From IMG/VR virus record IMGVR_UViG_3300027770_000034: DNA of 52,140 nucleotides, one strand, 5' to 3'. Below are positions 45,324 to 52,140 of this stretch, in pieces. The notes under the pieces were generated by a model. The model was not told the DNA's origin. It saw nothing but the letters and a program-made list of their open reading frames with translations, and made no database searches. Numbering within the stretch: position 1 is the first letter of the stretch; each line of letters opens with the position of its first letter. The DNA is from a virus. Lineage: Duplodnaviria; Heunggongvirae; Uroviricota; Caudoviricetes. A program made the position numbers and the translations under genes.

Positions 45324-45845
45324 ATGAAGAATTATTTGTTAACGGTTATTGGGAACTTTGATTCCGAGGAACTTTGTCAGGATATGGCAATTTCATTAAG
45401 CCCGATTGTGGATTCACCACATATGAAATTTCAACATACAAAGGGTGTTCTTATCTTTCATTTTGCGACAGAGGTTGACAAGACTGAGATATATGATTTT
45501 GTTACTGGTGTGTTTTTTGGTATCGCTGAAACGTTCATTTTGACAGAAATAACTGACAATGTGTCAGTTTGCATGCCTAAGCAGGTAAAAAATCATTTGT
45601 TTGATTTACAAAATGTAAGTGACGAAATAGATATGAATATAGACATGTCCCAAGTAAGAAACAATTCTGAGATGTTTGGAGATGAAGAAGATGAGGACGA
45701 TTTTGTGGCATTACTTTTGGGTGAGAAAGGTAAATTGTTTAATAAACCTACTTTAGACCAAATTTTGGATAAGATAAATTCAAAAGGATATGAATCACTA
45801 ACACCATTTGAACAAGACGTATTGGAGGACTACAGTAAAAACTAA
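45324..45845 (+). CDS. Hypothetical acidic protein with C-terminal DUF6576-like motif
   Basis: LDQILDKINSKGYESLTPFEQDVLE at the C-terminus. Confidence 0.6.
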   Translation: MKNYLLTVIGNFDSEELCQDMAISLSPIVDSPHMKFQHTKGVLIFHFATEVDKTEIYDFVTGVFFGIAETFILTEITDNVSVCMPKQVKNHLFDLQNVSDEIDMNIDMSQVRNNSEMFGDEEDEDDFVALLLGEKGKLFNKPTLDQILDKINSKGYESLTPFEQDVLEDYSKN

Positions 45846-45848
45846 CAT

Positions 45849-46646
45849 ATGAAAGAAAAATCAGCAATCCCTATTAATCAAGAAGAAATTAATTCCTATC
45901 TTAAAGACATTCGTAGAATTAAAGTAATGACTCCTGAGAGGGAACGAGAACTGGCACAAAAGATGTTGTCAGGTAAATTGGCATTATGTGAGAAACAAGA
46001 AATCCAAAAAGAATTGGTTGAGGGAAACCTTAGGTTTGTTATAACCGTAAGTAAGCAGTATCAGAATCAAGGTTTGGATTTACCTGACTTGATTGCTGAG
46101 GGTAATTATGGGTTATTAAAGGCAATTGAAAACTTTGATTGGTCAAAAAATTTAAGATTTATTTCTTATGCGGTTTGGTGGGTTCGTCAATCAATATTAC
46201 AATCTCTTAATGAGAATGCAAGAACCATCCGTCTTCCAGTAAATGTGGTTCAAGAGCTACATAAAGCTAAAAAAGATTTGGAATTAACAGGTACAGAATT
46301 GCCTGATAAGTTCACAAACTTACCTAAAGTTATTAATTTGGAAAATCCATTAAATGAGGATGGCGATACCTTGATGGACATGTTAAGTAATCCAAACGCC
46401 GAATTGGCTGATGCTGGATTGTCCACGGAACAAACCCTCAAAGATAAATTATTGGGAATGCTTGATGTGTTGGATGAAAGAGAAAAAATTATTATCCAAG
46501 ATTATTTTGGGTTATCTGGTTCAACCAGAACTCTTGAAGATATTGGTAATGACTTTGATTTAACCAAAGAAAGGGTACGACAGATTAAAGAAAAAGCTCT
46601 CCGAAAATTACGAAACGAGACGAGTAGTTTGTTTGATTATATGTAA
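45849..46646 (+). CDS. RNA polymerase sigma70 factor, Bacteroidota RpoD-like (regions 1.2, 2, 3, 4)
   Basis: INSYLKDIRR..MTPERERELA; NLRFVITVSKQYQNQGLDLPDLIAEGNYGLLKA..FD..RFISYAVWWVRQSILQSL..ARTIRLPVN; TLEDIG..FDLTKERVRQIKEKALRKLR. Confidence 0.92.
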   Translation: MKEKSAIPINQEEINSYLKDIRRIKVMTPERERELAQKMLSGKLALCEKQEIQKELVEGNLRFVITVSKQYQNQGLDLPDLIAEGNYGLLKAIENFDWSKNLRFISYAVWWVRQSILQSLNENARTIRLPVNVVQELHKAKKDLELTGTELPDKFTNLPKVINLENPLNEDGDTLMDMLSNPNAELADAGLSTEQTLKDKLLGMLDVLDEREKIIIQDYFGLSGSTRTLEDIGNDFDLTKERVRQIKEKALRKLRNETSSLFDYM

Positions 46647-46654
46647 TTTAGTTA

Positions 46655-46683
46655 AAAAGGTGTATTTATTTAATACACCTTTT
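46655..46683. terminator. Inverted repeat after the sigma gene (terminator/regulatory hairpin)
   Basis: AAAAGGTGTATT-TATTT-AATACACCTTTT is a perfect 12-bp stem. Confidence 0.7.
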
Positions 46684-46714
46684 ATATTTGAGGTTAAACT
46701 AAAAATTAAAAATT

Positions 46715-46996
46715 ATGAAAAAATTTATAGAAAATAACTTTGTGGTTATTGTATTGGTAATTGCTTTATTAACATTCTTCAAAGGATGCGGTGATACAAG
46801 AGAGTTATCTAAAATCAAAAACGACATTAAGACAATTAAAGATTCAACTTATACTAAAGATGAATTAAACAGACAACTTAGAATTTCAGGTCTTGAAGCA
46901 GAAAAAAGAATGATTCAAGCTACAGACAGAAAACTTCTTGATGTAAGAAGACAAACTGAAATTGAAGATGAGATAAAAAGATTAAATACTAAATAA
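46715..46996 (+). CDS. Small membrane-anchored or lipoprotein-like protein
   Basis: Hydrophobic N-terminus ending FFKGC, then a charged helix. Confidence 0.65.
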   Translation: MKKFIENNFVVIVLVIALLTFFKGCGDTRELSKIKNDIKTIKDSTYTKDELNRQLRISGLEAEKRMIQATDRKLLDVRRQTEIEDEIKRLNTK

Positions 46997-47731
46997 ATGA
47001 CTTGGATTGAAAAAAATCTTAAAAAGGTAATATACGTTGCCTTTTTAGTTCCAATCTTATTAGTTGCTCTTGTGTCAATTTCTCACGTAACAAAATGGTA
47101 TGCTATATCTAACCCAACAAGTTGGTCGGTTTACTTATCAGTTGCTGTTGAAATTGCTGCGTTATCAACTCTTGCGGCTATAGCTGCACGAATGGGTAAA
47201 AAAGTGTATTTCCCATTTGCAATCGTTACACTTATACAATTCATCGGGAATGTATTCTTTGCTTATCAATACATTGATATCGCAAGTCAGTCTTTCAAAG
47301 ATTGGGTTGACATGGTTGACCCATTAGTTCAATACTTAGGTGTTGAAAGTGGTGACTTTGTTGGCCATAAAAGATTCTTGGCATTTTTTGCAGGTGGAAT
47401 GTTACCAATTATTTCTCTTTCATTTTTACATATGTTAGTTAAGTTTGAAGAAGAGGAGAAAAAGAAAGTTGTTACTTTAGACCCAAGCGAAATTGATATT
47501 GATAAATTAAGTATTGAAGCTGGGAAAAAAGAAAGAGAATTTGTTGACGACCCTCTTAGAGCAAGTCCTGACCAATTAGAAAAATTGGAAGACGTATTGG
47601 CTAAACTAAACGAACAAAAATTCGGAACCTTAACTGATGACCCTATATTTGAAGTTACAGAAGTCAAAGAACCAGAACCTAAACCAGGTCCCGTTAAAAA
47701 AGTCCTGAATTATTTAAGAAGAGATGCTTAA
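46997..47731 (+). CDS. Multi-TM membrane protein with acidic tail (holin candidate)
   Basis: About four hydrophobic segments, immediately upstream of the amidase. Confidence 0.55.
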   Translation: MTWIEKNLKKVIYVAFLVPILLVALVSISHVTKWYAISNPTSWSVYLSVAVEIAALSTLAAIAARMGKKVYFPFAIVTLIQFIGNVFFAYQYIDIASQSFKDWVDMVDPLVQYLGVESGDFVGHKRFLAFFAGGMLPIISLSFLHMLVKFEEEEKKKVVTLDPSEIDIDKLSIEAGKKEREFVDDPLRASPDQLEKLEDVLAKLNEQKFGTLTDDPIFEVTEVKEPEPKPGPVKKVLNYLRRDA

Positions 47732-48332
47732 CATTGAAAAATATGGTGATTTTAAAGTTTTAGGAAAACACAAAAAGAAGACTAAGATAGTCTTATGTCA
47801 TACATCAAGGGAGGTTGGGGAATACCTAACCTCCCTTAAATTTAGATGTAATGGTAAGTATGATAGGATTCCTCATTATGTTATTACAAAAGAAGGGAAG
47901 GTTCTACAACTTCTTCCTGACCATGGATATACAAATTATTTTACGGATGATACTTTAAACAAAACTTCAGTGTTAGTTTGTTTAGAAAATTTAGGATGGT
48001 TGGAAAAGAAACCATTGACCAACTATTATATTAACTGGAAAGGGAGTATTTATAAACAACAGGTTTACGAAAAAAAATGGAGAGATTTCTTTTTTTGGGA
48101 ACCATATACCTCAAGTCAACTTCAAGCGGCTGCGGGTCTATGTTTACAAATAGCAGAAGCTCTTCAGATAGAAAAGAGGTGTATTGGTCATAATGTTAAA
48201 GTTGACGGTTTAAAAAACTTTGACGGTATTTTAACCAAGAGTAACTTGGATACAAAATACACAGACTTAAGTCCTTCTTTTGATTTCGCAGCCTTCACAA
48301 AATATATTGAAAATGAGCAATACGCACAATGA
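47724..48332 (+). CDS. N-acetylmuramoyl-L-alanine amidase (Amidase_2-like), endolysin candidate
   Basis: IVLCHT, IPHYVITKEGKVLQLLP, VCLENLG, YT..QL.AAAGLC, CIGHN. Confidence 0.75.
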   Translation: MLNIEKYGDFKVLGKHKKKTKIVLCHTSREVGEYLTSLKFRCNGKYDRIPHYVITKEGKVLQLLPDHGYTNYFTDDTLNKTSVLVCLENLGWLEKKPLTNYYINWKGSIYKQQVYEKKWRDFFFWEPYTSSQLQAAAGLCLQIAEALQIEKRCIGHNVKVDGLKNFDGILTKSNLDTKYTDLSPSFDFAAFTKYIENEQYAQ

Positions 48333-48885
48333 AAGGTATGATGAGATTAAATATCTCTTAAAAAAATCACGAGTTTTACTTGAACAAGAAACTCAAATTA
48401 ATGTTGCCAAAGATTTGGAATCAAGAATTAAGCAGGACAGTAACTATGATACTGCTGAAACTGATATTGAGAAAGGTGAACAACCAACTCAAAATGATAA
48501 GACACAGAAGTATAGAATATCTGGTGGAATTTTGGCATTACATGGTAATAATAGAGGTGATTTAGATATCACTTCTGATGAAAAAATTGCTTTCCAAGAG
48601 ACAATGGATGAGTTTGTCAATGAGGTATCAGACCTTGTGGATTTTAATGTGTTAAACGTTTATAAAAACAACGTTGAGTGGTCAGGTAAAGTTATTGACG
48701 AAGATTTAGAATTTATTTTTACTATCGGAGAAGATAGTGGAATTTATATTAATGGTCAGATGGTTAAAGTTGACCAAGAGTTTTTAACTATGATAAATAA
48801 ACTTCAACAATTCTACCAAAAGTTCAAATCCAAATGGGGTAAGGTACTTGCGAGTAGAAAGAAAACAAAAGAATCTCCACAATAA
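48313..48885 (+). CDS. Hypothetical acidic protein
   Basis: In-frame ATG at 48313 (MSNTHNERYDEIKYLLKKSRVLLEQ). Confidence 0.65.
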   Translation: MSNTHNERYDEIKYLLKKSRVLLEQETQINVAKDLESRIKQDSNYDTAETDIEKGEQPTQNDKTQKYRISGGILALHGNNRGDLDITSDEKIAFQETMDEFVNEVSDLVDFNVLNVYKNNVEWSGKVIDEDLEFIFTIGEDSGIYINGQMVKVDQEFLTMINKLQQFYQKFKSKWGKVLASRKKTKESPQ

Positions 48886-48886
48886 C

Positions 48887-49246
48887 ATGCAAACAGTATT
48901 AAACTTCCTTAAAGGAAATTACAAAACATTACTCAAAGTAGTCTTTGGATTATTCATTCTTTACTATTTGATATTCTTCTTAACACCAAGAGTTCAAATG
49001 GCGGCAGATGAGAAGGAAAAGATTGACTCTTTAACTCAAATGATAAAAGGAATTGAGTTAGAACAAAAGAAACTTGATAGCAATATCACAAGTTATAATC
49101 AAAAAATTGATGAGGTTGATAACCACATTGATAAAATTAAAGGTCAAAAGACCATTGTAAAAGAAATATACCATGAAAAAATTAATAGTGTTGACAAGCT
49201 TACTGTTCGTGAGCTCGATAGCTTTTTCACAGACAGATACAAGTAG
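48887..49246 (+). CDS. N-terminal TM plus coiled-coil protein (i-spanin-like)
   Basis: VVFGLFILYYLIFFL TM segment followed by a heptad-rich helix. ATG at 48887. Confidence 0.6.
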   Translation: MQTVLNFLKGNYKTLLKVVFGLFILYYLIFFLTPRVQMAADEKEKIDSLTQMIKGIELEQKKLDSNITSYNQKIDEVDNHIDKIKGQKTIVKEIYHEKINSVDKLTVRELDSFFTDRYK

Positions 49247-49583
49247 TAATGTAAAATGCTTTCCAATCCCAGTTGTTAAACAAATTATGAAAGATTTATT
49301 GAGTGGTGATGAGGCTAAAGTACAGTTAAAATTAACTGAAGGACAATTACATCAAACTGAACAAAAGGTTGTATTAAAAGATAGTGTTATCAATACAATG
49401 AAATTCAAAGAAATTAACTATCTAACAATCATTGATGCTGAAAAACAAAAATTCGGTATTGTAGAAAATTATTCTAAGAAACTTGAATGGGACTTAAAGA
49501 AAGAAAAAGTTAAGGGTAAATTCAAGTCAATTCTTGGTACAGGTGTTATAGCTGTATTAACGTTTTTCTTAATAACAAAATAA
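49173..49583 (+). CDS. Signal-peptide plus coiled-coil protein with C-terminal hydrophobic anchor (spanin partner candidate)
   Basis: MKKLIVLTSLLFVSSIAFS/Q signal and C-terminal ILGTGVIAVLTFFLI. Overlaps the upstream gene by 74 nt. Confidence 0.6.
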   Translation: MKKLIVLTSLLFVSSIAFSQTDTSSNVKCFPIPVVKQIMKDLLSGDEAKVQLKLTEGQLHQTEQKVVLKDSVINTMKFKEINYLTIIDAEKQKFGIVENYSKKLEWDLKKEKVKGKFKSILGTGVIAVLTFFLITK

Positions 49584-49828
49584 TGGCACTTACATCATCA
49601 GAAAAAAACGAAATAGAAGTTATTATACGTAAAGAAATTAAAAACTTTATGGGTAATAATACTGTTAAACAGTTTGAAGATAAACTTATGGATAGAATCC
49701 AAAAGGAAATCAAAAGAGGCAAATTGGAAGGAGACATTAAAGATATTACCCTTAGAATGTTCCGTGAGTTTTATCAATTCATGTGGATGAATAGGAGCTA
49801 TTGGGAACCAAGACTTAAAAACGCGTAA
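49583..49828 (+). CDS. Hypothetical protein
   Basis: 81-aa ORF coupled to its neighbours. Confidence 0.65.
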   Translation: MALTSSEKNEIEVIIRKEIKNFMGNNTVKQFEDKLMDRIQKEIKRGKLEGDIKDITLRMFREFYQFMWMNRSYWEPRLKNA

Positions 49829-49830
49829 AC

Positions 49831-50514
49831 ATGACAAATTCATCGGGAGAACAATTTAAAAAAGGATTAGACAAATCATTTTCTAACATTAAGTTAAATA
49901 GTGATACTATGATTGACTTAATGAGTGCAAAACAAGGTGTTAAAGAAGAAGACGACATGAGTGAAGAATGGAGTGAAAAGTATAAAAAATCTATAGATTG
50001 TTCACATCCAAAAGGATTCAGTCAGAGAGCACATTGTCAGGGTCGTAAGAAAAAAGATAAATCTGAGACTAAAGAAGCTACGGGTTCAGGTTCTGCGGGG
50101 GCATTCTCAGCACCAGTGTTTGGTGGTGATGATGCGTTTTGGGATAGAAGTCGTAAAGAAACTCCTGAATTAAAAGAGAATGATAGTAAGAAAGTTGAAG
50201 CAACTGAAGCAACAGGTTCAGGTTCGGTAGGTGGTTATTCATCACCAGCAATGTGGGCTAAATCAACTAAAAAGAAAGATTGGGGGCCAAGCAGAAAACC
50301 ACAATTTCCTGGCGGTAAGTTTGTTTCTGTTAAAGATAAATGTACAAAATTCCCGTATTGTAATAAGGGAGACATAAACGCACTTAATATTTCAAAGAAC
50401 GAGGCGGTTGCTGAAGCAATTAAGAATGTGTCAAAGAAAATGAATGTAAGCGAAAATGTTATCAAAGCAATTTTGGAACATGAGTACGAAAAACTAAGCA
50501 AAAGAGCTAAATAA
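49831..50514 (+). CDS. Charged modular hypothetical protein with WSEKYKKSIDCSHPKGFSQRAHCQG module
   Basis: The short Cys/His module recurs in hypothetical proteins of large phages (from memory). EATGSGS..G occurs twice. Confidence 0.7.
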   Translation: MTNSSGEQFKKGLDKSFSNIKLNSDTMIDLMSAKQGVKEEDDMSEEWSEKYKKSIDCSHPKGFSQRAHCQGRKKKDKSETKEATGSGSAGAFSAPVFGGDDAFWDRSRKETPELKENDSKKVEATEATGSGSVGGYSSPAMWAKSTKKKDWGPSRKPQFPGGKFVSVKDKCTKFPYCNKGDINALNISKNEAVAEAIKNVSKKMNVSENVIKAILEHEYEKLSKRAK

Positions 50515-50515
50515 A

Positions 50516-50525
50516 GATATTTATA
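50516..50525 (+). promoter_or_regulatory. Putative late-promoter motif GATATTTATA
   Basis: Lies 12 nt before the ATG at 50538 and is identical to 11385-11394. Confidence 0.5.
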
Positions 50526-50537
50526 TAAAAAAAACCA

Positions 50538-52140
50538 ATGAGTAATTTCAAAAACAATATTGACAACTTAGTTTCCAAAATTTTAAATGAGGAAATTGAA
50601 AATAAAGTAAAACAACTAACCGAGACACAAGGAGAGTGGATGGAGGTTGAAACTAAAGAAGCCCTTAAAGGAGGACAAAAGAAATTAGATGTTGCAGAAC
50701 CTAAAGGTAAACTTGATGCTGCTGATTTCAAAAAACTTAGAGATAAGAAAAAAGAAACTAAAGAATCTGAAGAAATGGACGAGTGGTTTTTCTTTGATGA
50801 CGAAGAAGAAGACGAATCAACACCTGGCGATTACGAAGGTGATGAAGATGCAGAAGATGAAGCTGAAGAATTATCGGCTCAAGAACCTACGTACGTAGGT
50901 AAAGGTTTATCTAATAACAAACCAGGAAAAATGTTTGGCTCATTTGATGATGAGCATGGATGGTTTGATGATAGTGACAGAGCATTCAAAGGAAATTTTG
51001 ATTTTGATTATGATGAAGAAGAATTTGGTGATTTGGATTCATTACTTGCTAAACATGGTAGAAATCAAAAATGGTTTGCACCTAATGACGGACAAAGATT
51101 TTTTAAATCATATCAAGATAAATTTGGTGGTAAACCATTCAGAGTTAGAACTCCAAAAGGATTAGAAGAAGAAGCTGAAACTGAAGAAGGAAATGCATTC
51201 TCAGGAGCTTTAGACAATGCTAGAAAACATCATGAAAAAAGTTTTAAAGTTGATGGTCACAAATATCCTGTTAAAGAAGCTGAAGAAAAATGGATTCAAA
51301 AAACAGGTATGAAAAAAGGTGCATTACATAAGAAATTAGGTGTACCTGAAGGAGATAAAATCCCTCAATCTAAATTAAAGTCTTTGAAGAAAGAATTAAT
51401 GAAGAAAGGAGAAGGTGATAAGAAATTATCAGCAGCAGACGATAAATTATTAAAACAAGTTAATTTGGCATTAACTCTTAAAGGACTTAAAGAAAGTCAA
51501 AATTCTTTACAACTAACAGAAGACGAATTAATTGACTTAATTGAAAAACTAGTGATTGAACAAAAAGTTAAAGACACCGACGAAAAAGATAATATTTCAA
51601 AGAAACAACCCGAAGGTTTGAAAAAAACAATCAAGGCACAAGACGGTTCTAAAAAAGAGAATGACGATTATGCTAAAGAGGTTGTAAAGAAAATGAAAGA
51701 TTATGTAAAGGCAGGTTCAAAAGGTGAGTACACAGAAAATCCTGAAGAATTCCCAAGAAGTAATTATCAAATGGATAAAGATGCTAAGATTATGAAATAC
51801 ACACCATCTGAAGCTGTTGATGAATATATTGAGGCTTTTTCATATCCTGGAATGACAAACTTAGTTTACGATGAAATCAAACCTGATGATAAAAGAATTG
51901 ATAAGCAATTAAAAGGTGATTCAATGTTTGGTAACGCTGTTACAGATAAAGACGGTAAGGCATTAGGTAATGTGGTACCAAGTAAAGTTGGAGATAGATT
52001 CAAAAAGAATTATGACGAAAATTTATATGGTGCGGAACAAATGAAAGCATCTTATAAAAGACAACCACAACCTGTTGAAGTGGAAGGAGGTGGAACTAAA
52101 GGTTCGTTAAAATCAAAAAAAGGGGCTGACAAACCAAGTT
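50538..52140 (+). CDS. Large charged modular protein, 3' partial (possible prohead core/internal protein), absent from the ORF track
   Basis: Hand translation is open from ATG 50538 (MSNFKNNIDNLVSKILNEEIENK) to the window end. Contains LKGGQKKLD..GKLDAADFKKLR, EGNAFSGAL..FKVDGHKYPV and KWIQKTGMKKGALHKKLGVPEGDKIP modules. Confidence 0.8.
   Translation, partial: MSNFKNNIDNLVSKILNEEIENKVKQLTETQGEWMEVETKEALKGGQKKLDVAEPKGKLDAADFKKLRDKKKETKESEEMDEWFFFDDEEEDESTPGDYEGDEDAEDEAEELSAQEPTYVGKGLSNNKPGKMFGSFDDEHGWFDDSDRAFKGNFDFDYDEEEFGDLDSLLAKHGRNQKWFAPNDGQRFFKSYQDKFGGKPFRVRTPKGLEEEAETEEGNAFSGALDNARKHHEKSFKVDGHKYPVKEAEEKWIQKTGMKKGALHKKLGVPEGDKIPQSKLKSLKKELMKKGEGDKKLSAADDKLLKQVNLALTLKGLKESQNSLQLTEDELIDLIEKLVIEQKVKDTDEKDNISKKQPEGLKKTIKAQDGSKKENDDYAKEVVKKMKDYVKAGSKGEYTENPEEFPRSNYQMDKDAKIMKYTPSEAVDEYIEAFSYPGMTNLVYDEIKPDDKRIDKQLKGDSMFGNAVTDKDGKALGNVVPSKVGDRFKKNYDENLYGAEQMKASYKRQPQPVEVEGGGTKGSLKSKKGADKPS

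Noticed and set aside
48047-48054. TATTTATA inside the amidase gene
   Set aside because: It is intragenic and about 260 nt from the next start, consistent with random occurrence.
9615-51165. Numerous 60-120 aa ORFs overlapping long genes in other frames or strands (e.g. 9615, 13904, 15744, 23819, 36660, 44488, 47329, 50689, 50935)
   Set aside because: They are fully nested in better-supported CDSs, show no recognisable motifs and have shadow-like composition.
1-52140. Stop-codon reassignment as in some large phages
   Set aside because: Genes are intact under the standard bacterial code, and TAA, TGA (19534, 26624, 27268) and TAG (43131, 49246) all end genes at sensible boundaries.
1-52140. 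tRNA, rRNA, introns, inteins, integrase or diversity-generating retroelement
   Set aside because: None was recognised by eye. tRNAscan-SE and Infernal would be needed to exclude small RNAs.

Overview
AT-rich segment of a large tailed dsDNA phage genome. The host is very probably a member of Bacteroidota, based on TTTG-N19/20-TAnnTTTG promoters, a Bacteroidota-type sigma70, SprB-like repeats, signal peptides ending in Gln and A-rich leaders without obvious Shine-Dalgarno sites. Layout: (1) 1-12028, giant proline-free Gly-Ser/Thr collagen-like fibres plus Thr-Pro mucin-like proteins and S74-like chaperone-domain proteins; (2) 12030-21860, a glycan cassette led by a divergent GT4 + TibC/Aah-type protein O-heptosyltransferase fusion, followed by a DegT aminotransferase, two hexapeptide acetyltransferases, further putative glycosyltransferases and three methyltransferase domains; (3) 22147-32466, more Thr-Pro/Cys-rich putative virion proteins (PA14-like, SprB-like) and a tail-collar/baseplate-like protein; (4) 32468-46646, replication, recombination and repair genes (RuvC-like, primase, PD-(D/E)XK nuclease, gp47/gp46-like pair), a two-endonuclease island, a pyrimidine-dimer glycosylase and a sigma factor; (5) 46715-52140, a lysis-like cassette and charged modular proteins. 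The leading hypothesis is a phage-encoded protein O-glycosylation system that decorates Ser/Thr-rich virion fibres. All family assignments come from motif recognition by eye, not database searches. Repeat copy numbers may be affected by assembly.
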